NCBI RefSeq assembly: GCF_947568905.1
Contig: NC_079173.1
Coordinates: forward strand, 24,428,001-24,492,000
DNA length: 64,000 bases
Reading direction: 5' to 3'
Source of the DNA: Ostrea edulis
Taxonomy: Eukaryota
The notes below the pieces were generated by a model. It searched no databases. It was not told the DNA's origin and saw nothing but the letters and a program-made list of their open reading frames with translations. Positions 26,210 through 37,631 of the stretch are shown one piece after another. Each line of letters starts with the position of its first letter. Position 1 is the first letter of the stretch. The position numbers were made by a program, and so were the translations under genes.

Positions 26210-27020
26210 TATATAATTGTAATTTCTTATGTTCATTATTTTGTGAACTTTACCTTAGGTGCTGCCTGATCCTTATTAGGCCTATGTTATACATAATAAA
26301 ATACTGTTTAAAAAATAAATGACCTCTCTCCGTATTGAAAATTAGGTAATGATTTTACGAATGCAACTGTAATCCGTCATGCCGAATAGTTGACCTGAGA
26401 CAAAATGAACGGTCATTCAAAATCGGTATTGCGAATGTGTTTATAATGGTAGTTTTTGTCCAGTGCGACAATTTAATGGCACAATTATGAATACGTGTCG
26501 TTTCGTTTCGTCAAACGCAATAATCGAAAACATAGTGCGCTATATGAATGACAAACAGAAAACCTGTAAACAGTGATTCGATTTCTTGGACATTGTCAAG
26601 TAGTGCACAACCTAATTTCGCTAAAATGTTTTAACTTTAAACTTAAAAGGTGCACTTTTCCCAGAACAGTACCGGACCATTCGATATCTGACATATTGGA
26701 CAGTTTTCGACTTATTACCTACTTTCAAGATCTTTCTCATCACAAAACATGCTCAACCAAAATAAAAAAAAACCTGTTTGTGTTTATCCATGTGTTCACG
26801 CATATCAGTAACTGTTGATAGTTTATTACAAAAAGTCGAAACAGTGATTTCTGTAATCAGATAAATATCGTATTAAAAAAATAATCGATGTATCAGAACG
26901 TTGGTCTCTGGGAGGAGGGGATGTCCTTCGTTGAATGAGATGTATATGTATATAAGCAATATGATTATAATTAAACCTTCATAAAATGATAAATATGGAC
27001 TTATTCAAAACTATTATAAG

Positions 27021-27440
27021 TGAAAGGTGAAGATAACGAACAGGAATCAATCTGATAACTCCTATAAGCAATACAAAATAGAGAGTTGGGCACACAGACC
27101 CCTGAACACACCAGAGGTGCCTAGGGGGAGTAAGCATCCTCTATCGACCGGTCACACCCGCCGTGAGCCCTATATCTTGATCAGGTAAATGGAGTTATCT
27201 GTAGTCAGAATCAGTGTGTCAAGAACGGACGAACAATTGGTATGAAACACTTCAGACATCATTTGGCCCAATGATAGGCTATATTGGCAAACTTGATCGT
27301 TACATTTTATAACGACAAAGAATTTGCGAAATGCTGATTTTAAACGAGACTGTTGAAACCCTTACAACTTGTTTGTCAGTAGGCTGCCTCGATATAAAAA
27401 CTGCATACGCAGAACAAGTTCTTGCGTATCGAATCGGTTG
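27021..27440 (-). mobile_element. Penelope-like element, 3' part
   Basis: Colinear with 14897-15310. Confidence 0.8.
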
Positions 27441-27613
27441 TAATCATTGCATAACTAACACTGAACACCTACATGTACACAATCTTATGCTGATCATGTT
27501 GTAAACCAATCTCAACTGTTCGACTTATCGGAAAGACCCGAAAATGTGCGATTGGTTACATGAATTATGTGAAACGAACAGGCATATCTTGTTTATTCAA
27601 CAGTTATCAAAAC

Positions 27614-28284
27614 TTATTATACCCCCCGCAACAAGTTGTGTGTGTGTGGGGGGGGGGGGGGGGGGTATACTGGAATCGGGTTGTCCGTCTGTCTGTCTGT
27701 CCGTCTGTAGACGCAATGGTTTCCGGACTCTAAAGCATTATCCTTTCCACCTACCGTCACCATATCATATATATGGACTACCATGAGATGAAGATGTTTC
27801 CTATCGATTTTGGGGTCAAAAGGTCAAAGGTCAAGCCCACTGGACATCGAAGTAGCAATATGGTTTCCGGGCTCTAAAGCGTTATCCTTTCCACCTGCAG
27901 TCACCATATCATACATATGGACTACCCATGGGATGAAGATGTTCCCTATCGATTTTGGGGTCAAAAGGTCAAAGGTCAAGCACACTGGACATCGAAATAG
28001 CAATATGGTTTCCGGGCTATAAAGCGTTATCCTTTCCACCTACAGTCACCATATCATACATATGGACTACCCATGGGATGAAGATGTTCCCTATCGATTT
28101 TGGGGTCAAAATGTCAAAGGTCACGCGCACTGGACATCGAAGTAGCAATATGGTTCGGTTTGTCATGCCATTTGTTTTTTACACTCAGAAAAGAGGTAGT
28201 TTATACCTATTACCAACACCCTTTGGGAGATTGGGGTTAGCGGGGGGTATTCTTAGTGAGCATTGCTCACAGTACCTCTTGTTT
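27614..28284 (+). mobile_element. HINE-like element with three 145-bp internal tandem units
   Basis: 5' ataccccccgc, gtccgtct microsatellite, units starting at 27716/27860/28005, 3' gcggggggtat, palindrome tgagcattgctca, tcttgttt end. Confidence 0.85.
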
Positions 28285-28358
28285 CTTCTGTAAGATCAAA
28301 ATCAAGCATTGATAAACAGCGGATAGACATGTGCTTCCTATCGTATTATCTGAAGTTG

Positions 28359-28555
28359 ACACGGCCTCTCACCTCTGTCGGCGCGAGTTCGAATCCCGCT
28401 CGCGCCGGTAAGAGAGAAAGTTTCCCAGTTTACTTTCGGAAGGTCGGTGGTCTCTTCCCAGGTACATTGTATCTGGGTTCTCTCTTCCACCAATAAAACC
28501 TGGGCCACCAGATAACTGAAAAATTGTTGAGTGTGGCGGAAAACATCAACCAATC
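28359..28555 (+). mobile_element. tRNA-headed (V-type-like) SINE, 5'-truncated
   Basis: B-box gagttcgaatccc; matches 47252-47500 and 62101-62355. Confidence 0.8.
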
Positions 28556-29162
28556 TTAAAGTTGTCGTTAGCAAAACTGGCTTAGATCCGCCACTGTACT
28601 CTTATTTTCCTATTTCAGGTTAGTTTATCGAAAATGTAAGTAGGATTTTAATTAATTTTACGATATTCACTGATCAAGTCATATTCTATTATATATAATA
28701 GCTTTGGAACTTCACTCCATATATGATACGATATTAAAGGTGCAAGCAGTAACTCTGGAGCAAGCTTTTCAGATTTTATTGGCATACTTTGTTGATTTAT
28801 AAGTACAGATATTCTAAATGCAGTGTGTATCTTGTATGGCCCTCTTAGACTTACGTCAAGTAACTGTATCCCTTTTTCATTATCAATGATCGTGTAGCGA
28901 GTGACAGTGTGGTGAGAATCCCATCGTCATCGAAAGCAAGTTTTGATATGAGTCTAGCACGCTGATCACACGATGTTAGGAGAGTTGGTTCCGCAGGTCT
29001 TGAGTACAACCCTGGACGGGCGGAAGTGGGTATTAGAATATAGTGAATGTTTCTGTGCTTGATATAAAATATTTCTTCGTATCGAAAAGATATTGAATTA
29101 TTTTCAATATTTCTTCAATGAAGGCAGTTATGCTTATTTAGGAGTTCACTGCAATCATCTAT

Positions 29163-29637
29163 TAGGGGTGAAACGATACATCGCGATGCGGCCGAATCGC
29201 GATGTAGAGGTCTCGATTCGATGTTCGATTTATTCCGGGTCTGCTTCAGTTCGATACGGTTCTAGAATCATAGCATACATTGTTTTTGATAACACGGTTT
29301 CTGATTGGCCAATGGAATTGAATATTGCCCAATCAACGAACGAGTAAACTTTGCTGTACCAAAATCGACACAGTCGAGTTGAAAAATGCACCCTCAATGT
29401 ATAAATCCTGGGTATAGTGACAGTTCGGCTTTAGGACAAGTGATAAGAGTGTTGCTTTATGTTAAACGTTTTTATATTATGTAGAATTTATCTGCAGACA
29501 ACAATAATTACAATAAACATAAAAAAATCTAAGCATTATAAAGAATTTGGAACATGCTATTGTATCGAATAAAAAATCATCGAATCGAGACTAAAGTATC
29601 GAATCGAATCGAGAAGGTACTGTATCGTTTCACCCTA
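29163..29637. mobile_element. TIR MITE with TA ends
   Basis: taggggtgaaacgataca ... tgtatcgtttcacccta; internal atcga repeats. Confidence 0.75.
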
Positions 29638-30049
29638 TCATTTATGTGCGTTTTTCAGAATGTGTGCGATATTGGAATGTAGAAGTATTGCCAAAACGGC
29701 GTAAAACCATAAACAATCAATCAATCAGAATGTATAAAACGAAATAATAATAAAAACTTCAAAGTCCACTAATCAGTACAATTGACAATGCTCATTATAT
29801 ATTGCCATTTCTTGATTTGAATTGAACACATTTAATATCAAATGGATTTTTGATTTGACTAAGTATATGTATAATGTATGTATATACATGCCTGTACATC
29901 ACATGTACGTAAAACAATGTAAAAGTCAAACTCTGTATGAAATAGAAACATATAATCATTACTTTGATGTAAACGGATGTGAAAGCAAGCAGAAATTAAA
30001 GGCACAGCCTCCAACAGTTATTGAATTAATCATACTAATCGTGCATATA

Positions 30050-30882
30050 TTATATACTGCATCCACAATTTAAAACATTTCCATTCTTCATTGTCAAAAT
30101 TCCAATTCGATTGCGCAATACTATGAATGTGCTAGTTTCTTCTGAGTCCGTTACGTCACAAACAGGTGCTCTAGCACTAAGGTCAGTATCCAAAGGGTTG
30201 GTATAATTAGTAGACCTTTGAGAAATACCGCTGTCACAGGTCCCCATACATACTGAGTACGACACCCCGGCAGGGAAAAGAATATCTTGATCAAATCCCA
30301 GATCAGAAAATGACACAAATTCTTCATGCCTACAACATTTTTGAGTATCCGATACTGAGGAACAATTATGTATAAATCGTTTAGATCGATGGTTATGCCT
30401 AAATCGGTATATAAGAAATGGCCTATGAACTCTCAATTTCTTTTGCTTCTTTTTCTTCTTTGTGTGTCTCTGTTTCCTTTTATTGCCTTTTCCTTTATTT
30501 TTCTTAGTCTTCTTCCGTTTTCGACGTGATGGATGAGTTTTTAACGGAAATGTTATCTTCGTTCGGCTGTTGCATCGTTTACAGTCTATGCACATAGATA
30601 GCGTTCTGTTGTTCCGGTTTTCCACACTTTTCATCACAGATAGCGGAAGTGACACTTTATACCATGCTGTGTCACTTGGCCGAACTTTTAATTTGGCGAC
30701 AGTCGTCTTTCGTTTAGTTCCGGATAGTAGAGAAAATACTTTTAAGACAACCCGTCTTGTTCTTTTACGACGTTTTTTAACTTTGAAATAGATGTAAATA
30801 TCTGCTCCAAGTATATCAACACCCTCCTCCAAGTACTCATCGGGAACTCTAAACGTCATACACTTTGGGTCCATTGTGGTTT
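30050..30882 (-). CDS. Last coding exon of the TGF-beta ligand: distal prodomain, RSKR site and mature domain
   Basis: 305-aa ORF 30050-30967. Acceptor tgtctatttttAG at 30884-30883. RSKR at 30388-30377. The mature peptide (30376-30053) has CC, CMGTC and CGC motifs. Confidence 0.92.
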
Positions 30883-33827
30883 CTAAAAATAGACACAACC
30901 TATTTAATGATTTATCAGTCTCCTCTGTATCTCTACACTGTTTACACGAATATATACGTAATATCATTTCTTTGATCTTACGACTTAGAATATGTCCTCA
31001 GAACCCCCTTGCTTGTCGTAAGAGGCGACTATATAGGGCGGTTCTTCGGATGAGACCACAAAAACCGAGGTCCCGTGTCACAGCAGGTGTGTCACGATAA
31101 AGATTCCTCCCTGCTCAAAGGGCATAAGCTCAGAGCAACGGCATTAGTGACGTCTCCATATGAGTGAAATATTCTCTCTCGAGAGACGTTAAACAATATA
31201 TAATCAACCAATCATATACATGTATACTTAGCTACAATAATGTAGCCCTATCCGAGTTGGTTTTTTTTTTCCTTCTGACGTTTTCGGGATAAGGCTACAG
31301 TTCCAAAGGATCTCCGTAATGATGCAAAATAATTCTATGAATAACCGATAATAAACTCCGTGTATTAGTCTCAAATGTTGTTTACACCAAAAGGAGTACC
31401 AACTTTGTGCTTGGGCATTTCTAATAAAGGTGTTTTTCATTAAACATCATGTACAGCATGCTAAATTCTTCGTCTGCTCCGTCATACTTGTTATCGCGAG
31501 ATCTCGTAGGTGGATTTACTGAAAAACCTAAACATTGACAATTTGCGCGAAAATGTAGTTACTCGAGCCACTCCGACAAAGAAAGGAAAATCATTTGGTT
31601 GCGGAAAGAATTTACATTCTGCTATTCATTTTTAAACTTGATATTAAATCTAAACCTTTTTAATACCGACATAATAGCTTTTTCCTCCGTACTTGTCCAT
31701 TGATGTAAATACTACCTTATATGGCATATGCAAATAACTTAACAATCGGAAGTTGAAACTTCAGTACATCAACCATGGTGAACAAATATGAATCGAGAAA
31801 TTAGAATATACCGAAATTGTTGAAAACAGTAGAATAGATCCTCACAAGTCGTAAGTTGCAGGTTGTCAATTTATACCATTACGGAGATCCTAAGGAGTTG
31901 TAGCCCTCTACCCCCCACCCCAAGAAAAATATCGGAGAGGGCTACATTATTGCAGCTAATGTATACTGTATATATGAATATTTCTTTATTGGATACAGTG
32001 GAGAGAAAGGATGTAATTATACATGGATTACCAATATCTTTATCAACACCGATAGCTAAATAAAAATGGAATATGAAAGCTAAATATAATCCAATGTTCC
32101 ACAAACAACCCCGCTAATGGGAGTTTAAAATACAAACTTTAATAGTAATTATATAAAAAAAATATATAGATTTTTCAATATCTAGTTCATGCATAAATCT
32201 TTAAGTGTTGACGTCATTAAGTAACACAAATAGTCATATGAATGGTGTAAAATTAACGATTTTAGGGGTAAATTAAAATAAAATGAATAGGGTAATTAAA
32301 GGGACTGATTCACGATTTTCCCCAAAAATTTCTTTTTCACTTTTAATGATCAAAATTTACTGTCTAATGTGTTTAAAAGAGTTCACATAAAAATTAAGGC
32401 TGTACATTATCAAAGAAGCTCAATTTAGAGAGTTTATTGTTTGTTTTGTAAACAAAGATTGCGGTATGTTATTGTTAATGAAATTTTCAAAAGAAATGGT
32501 TATCGATGTAAGTTTATTATACATGTATCTTCCACATTTTGAGCATTTGGGGGGCAAATGTGTCATCTAAAAGTTAAAATTTGTGACTATGCAAAATTAA
32601 GATGCTTTATATTACAAAATCAATATTTCACTTGTTTGTTTGTATACATAAAAAGACTCGAGTCTTTGTTTACATAACACAGATTTAAGGCTAAAATATT
32701 GCTTTAATTCATTCTTGCATTCAGAAGGTCAAGATTTTGGCTGTCAATATTAAATAAGTTATATTTTTAATGTTTACCATCAAAAATGAAAAGTATTTTT
32801 ATCAATAATCGTGAATCAGTCCCTTTAAATCTAAATTATTTTCATCTGTGTGGATTGGTTGTAATAGTTAAATGCACAGTACCATAGATCCCTTATTTTA
32901 CGCGAGTAATTGATATCGCGAAATGACTCGAATATAGTACTTGCCCTATTAGTATGTTTCCAAAGAGAATTTCCTCTATATAAAATTATTTCATACAAAA
33001 TCATATATTTTCAAACAATTTTCCTGAACGCATTTCTTGATCAATTTTGATGAAATGAAAGGTACTGATCGCAGAAGTATTCACATTATCGTCTAATAAA
33101 TTCAACATAATTATGCAATAATCTATTGTAAAGATATGACAATTCTTAAACGAAGTTTAATTTGAGAGTATTTACTCTTTATATAAGTACGTGTAATTTT
33201 GGAATAAAAAATCAGCATTATGAATAAACTGTTATCTCTCTGCAATATTTCATCGTAACATTTCTTTTCTAAATTATGACTGTTACTTCTGATATTTCTG
33301 ATCAAAATGGTGTTAGTTTCATTCAAATAGAGGGAAAATTGGCTCATGGGGAAGATTTTGAAAATATATATAGTTCTGTATGACATATGTAGTGGAAATG
33401 TTCTTTTGGGGACATACTAAAGGTCAAGTATTGTGCATCAATCGCGATAACATAAATTCGCAAGCGCTCTGTTGATCAAGAGTCGTGTAATTTAGCAATG
33501 TAGAAATAAGAGCGAGTAATTTTATTTTGTGAGTGATATTTCTCGCGAAATTACTCGATGATAAATTCCTCGCGTATATTTAAGAATTTGCATTAACACC
33601 TGTCAATACGGATGTGGAAACAAAATGTCGGAGTCTAGGTTTAGGACACTGTAGTACTATAGTACTGGTATTGAGATGACAGCTACAGGATCCATGAAAT
33701 GGGGATTGTTCAGTGTATTTTATTCCAGCATTATTGTCTATCGTGAAACGGGATCCTTCCAAAAGCTCATATAACTACGTACGAAACAGTGAAAATAACA
33801 AATCGTAGTCAATCTCATAAATCCTAT

Positions 33828-33874
<47 letters not shown>

Positions 33875-36800
33875 GAGAGAGATCTGGATTGGACACACTA
33901 AAGGTGGGAAGCCTCTTTGGAACAAGTAATATTCGCTGACCAGTCACACCCGCCCACGCCATGTGCCCTCTATCAACGGAGTAATTTATAATCAAAATCA
34001 GTATGTAAAGAACGGCCAACACGTGGTATGAAACACCCCAGACATGCACTGACATATCGAAACAACACCATAGGCATGCGCAAGTGGACTGACGGGAAGT
34101 TGACGATGGGGAAGCTGAAATCATCGAGTTTGTCATAAAGTAGAATTATTAGTTCGCTGTTAACGCCTATGTTCAATAAAATATCCAAATATGGAGTAGA
34201 AGTGGAAAACTATCAAGTATCTTTGATTTCGAGTGTACTGGGATATATCGAAACTATGAATGAATGAAAGTGAGTATAGTTAATGGATAAAACGTCGACG
34301 GTGTATCTAAATGTCGAGTTGAAGGTCATAGCAAGATAATTCTTCTAACTAGTATGTAGCTGATTTTGAATAAATACCGTCTCATAATAATACAAACAAA
34401 CAGGTCAGTTAATATACTGAACTTAACAGGCATTAATTTACTAAAATTGTCATCGATAAAAATATGGGAATAACTTTCAGGTATACTATGTTAAATGTCA
34501 GTTGAATTACAGGCTGTAGGCTGTGCTTGTTGCATATAAATCCATTTCATGATGATATACCGGTATTTCTGAATGAAATGCAATAAGATGTCAAACGATA
34601 TTTATGATATAACACAAGATATTACAGGGGTTTCTGTGGTCTCGTTTATAGTCGGTATTTCGCCAGTTCTATGGCCGTTAAGGTGATCTAATTTACACAT
34701 ACAACCTGTCATTGGGTCGAATGCTGTCTGACGTGTTTCATACCGATTGTTAGGTGGTTCGCTAGAAAGTGAATTAGACCGCACATTGTCTGATCCGGAT
34801 GTGGGGTCATACCGGATATGGCCGGTCAGCGGGTGGTCCTGGCTCCTCCTGGAAACATCTGGGTGTGTCCCAGGGGTCCATTAGTGCCCTGCTCTCAATT
34901 TTACGGTCTTTGTGTGATTGATCACTGTTTGTTATCTTTATTCATCTTCTTACATCGTTTAAAATTTGTTCAAATGATATGGTTTTTTTTTGTCGACCAG
35001 GATTTAAACACAACGTCTAACAATAACGTTAGCTACATTTGTACAAGTCTGTAGCTCTCTGGGGAGACTAAACAACTCCAAATCCAGTAATTATCAAACC
35101 CTTCACTTAGCGCAATTATTTTGGGCGCAAGATAACTTCTCCGTGTTTTCGTCAACACTACATTTGTGTCAATACATACCTTTAAACTATTATCATAGCC
35201 CTATTTGCACTGAAAGAGATAGAGGAAACCTTCGAACAAAAATGAACGGAACTGGTAATTTAACATGGTTACGTAAATAGACGAACTTCGTTAATTTTGA
35301 GAGTTGACTGTCTGGGGTCTTGTCACAGGTCGTAGTATATTTAAAGCGGCTAAAAAACACCCAATCGATGAGCTGGAAAAACTACATTGTTACGATGACT
35401 GGAGCGAAGTTCTCTTGTCCATATCAGTGCTACTGGGCTTTGGGTATGATATTACTAAATGATTAGTAATTTTACTGCATGTTTTTGTCAACTTTCATCC
35501 TCATTTTAAGTACTACATGTAAAATGGCTGCCAGTAGAGGATGATGTCACTTGATATGCCAGTTCATCACATGATATTAATCTTTGACATATAATTATTT
35601 CATTACTACAGCGAGGCGGATCGCGTCAAGTCGAAAGGCGCGGATCAGCATACCAAACGAGACGCGAAGAGTCGAGTTTGATATGAGGATCCGTGCTTTT
35701 CAACGATACGTGATCGAACTCTTCAGTTCAAGTTACTGTAATAATCATAAAACTATAATTATATATCCATTTTTAGGTACACGTTTATAAGATAATGAAT
35801 TTGATTATCAAAATTTCAAACATACGTTGATATTATATCTATGTACGCAGTTTTGTCTGTGACTTTCCATAGACAACGTGCGCCAATACATTGGCATCAT
35901 CAATTTCAGAAACCACGTGATCTGGAATCAGTTTACCCCAGTATGGTGGTCCGGAAAGATGGATCATATCTTGTAAATTTAACATGATCAAAACACGGAT
36001 TATTGATAGGTATCTAATTTTAGATAATTTTATGGAACACTTGCCTGCTGGACTTGAGAACACTGGTTTTGGTTTGATCACAGGGGGCGTGACTTTCTCC
36101 ACCTCTTTTTTATCGAAATCTGGCGGTTTTATAGGTGTGAAAATGATGCCGGGTGCTGTGTCCTTTCTCGCCTGTCCACCTCTGTTATCACATCGAATAA
36201 TTTCACAAATTCGGCGTTTTATTTGATCTTTCCAGATCTTTGGTTTTAGATTTATGCTTCTAATGCCCGACTGTCTCCCTGCAGGTGTGAGGTTAAAATC
36301 TGCTATAATATTAGTAAAATTTTACAGGTTAGGTGTTCATATTAATAAGGTGTAAGCATTCTTATTCGGCACAAACATAATTGTTTAATTTGTCCATTTA
36401 CAATCGATCCGGGTTAGAATAAGCCCTCAGTACCCCTTGCTTGTCATAAGAGGCGACTAAATGGGGCGGTGCTTTAGATGAGATCACAACAAACGAGGCC
36501 CCGCGTCACAGCAGGTGTGGCACGATAAAGATCCCTTCCTGCTTAAAGGCCGTTAGCGCCGATAATAGGCCTATATTTTACAGTCCTTTCACCGGGAATG
36601 GTGACGTCTCCATATGAGTGAAATATTCTCGAACGTTAAACAATATACAACCAACCGACCATTTTACAATCGGTGTTGTTAGTTTGTATACCGCGTTTCG
36701 TTCTATTGAATAATTTTGCACTGATATCGATATGCCGCTAGCACCAGATTGATAACTGAAGGTACAATATAAACATATTTGTATGGGTTTCATTTCAACA

Positions 36801-37631
36801 AATGTTTCCCAACATTATATAACTTCATAGACATCATAACGAAATTCCGTACATTATTATCACTAAACATAGATGTTAATTGCAAATTAACAACTCATCT
36901 TCATGGCAAAGGAGATGAATTTAGTTTCTCCATCGTCAACTTCCCATATTTACATGTACATATATGTAGCAATATATCATTATGTCTCTCAACTGATCCG
37001 ATACATATGAGCATGTTCTGCGTATGATCATTTTTTTTAAAAATCGAGGCAGGATACTGTATAGATGGCGTTACAGGGGTTTCAACAGTCTCGTTTAAAG
37101 TCAACATTTCGCAAATTCTATGGCCGTTACATTGTATAACGATGTAATTTACAAATACAACCCGTCATTAAGTCGAATGTGCTCTGACGTGTTTCATGTC
37201 AATTGTTAGGCTGTTCTTTACATACTAATTTTGACTACGGAGTACTCCGTTTACCTGATGCTCACGGCGGATGTGACCAGTCGACAGGGAATGCTTACTA
37301 CTCCTACACACCTGACCCCGCCTTTAGTATACTAGTATCCAGGGGTCCATGTTTGCCCTACTCCTAATTTTGCATTCCTCATAGGAATTGCGAGATTGTT
37401 CATTATCTTCACTTTTTCATTTTGATATTAAGATCTATCACAAGATAACTTTTATCCACATAATCTGAAGAATTAATTTAAATATATAAATAAAGAGTAA
37501 CAATACCTACCTGTTTGTTTTTTAGTCTGTGGCCATGAAAACTCCTTTGTGTAATAAAATTGTACAGATAGGATGGATATGATGACCCATAACGCTGTGT
37601 TGGAGATGGTTAAGGGGATTAAAAAGCACAT
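30050..37631 (-). CDS. TGF-beta superfamily ligand precursor (activin/inhibin/myostatin-like Cys pattern, divergent); gene model join(37631-37511, 36302-36045, 30882-30050), 403 aa
   Basis: Exon lengths 121+258+833=1212 nt. Both introns are phase 1 and the frame is continuous: hydrophobic N-terminus -> prodomain helix KIWKDQIKRRICEII -> VFSSPA/E -> RPFL -> RSKR -> C..CC..CxGxC..C..CxC. Confidence 0.85.
30985..31213 (+). mobile_element. Deu-type SINE in intron 2, ~100 bp from the acceptor
   Basis: Colinear with the other copies. Confidence 0.8.
32300..32824. mobile_element. Non-autonomous TIR element with TTAA TSD (Kolobok-like)
   Basis: ttaa|agggactgattcacgatt ... aatcgtgaatcagtccct|ttaa. 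Confidence 0.85.
33785..34480 (-). mobile_element. Diverged Penelope-like fragment with an inserted (GA)n tract (33835-33880)
   Basis: LYDKLDDFSFPIVNFP and TFNSTFRYTVDVLSI on the minus strand. Confidence 0.75.
34670..34946 (+). mobile_element. Diverged Penelope-like 3' end
   Basis: Reverse complement of the 13631-13930 family. Confidence 0.6.
36045..36302 (-). CDS. Coding exon 2 of the TGF-beta ligand (proximal prodomain)
   Basis: Open frame DFNLTPAGRQSGIRSINLKPKIWKDQIKRRICEIIRCDNR...KPKPVFSSPA. Acceptor tattatAGcAG; donor CAG|GCAAGT; phase 1 at both ends, matching the neighbouring exons. Confidence 0.75.
36406..36660 (+). mobile_element. Deu-type SINE in intron 1
   Basis: Colinear with the other copies. 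Confidence 0.8.
36860..37420 (+). mobile_element. Penelope-like thumb plus 3' end in intron 1
   Basis: KLTTHLHGKGDEFSFSIVNFP; shared terminus. Confidence 0.75.
37511..37631 (-). CDS. Coding exon 1 of the TGF-beta ligand (signal peptide/anchor-like)
   Basis: ATG at 37631 gives MCFLIPLTISNTALWVIISILSVQFYYTKEFSWPQTKKQT, followed by the phase-1 donor CAG|GTAGGT at 37510. Confidence 0.7.

Noticed and set aside
13499-26322. Recurrent MGLTAGVTG.QGMLTPPRHLIPPL and SINE-derived short ORFs
   Set aside because: Translations of non-coding repeat tails, not genes.
30883-30967. First 28 codons of the 305-aa ORF as the real N-terminus
   Set aside because: No signal peptide; a strong acceptor lies at 30884-30883 and upstream exons supply the N-terminus in phase.
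35839-36102. 87-aa ORF as a separate gene
   Set aside because: It is the 3' part of exon 2 plus intron read-through.
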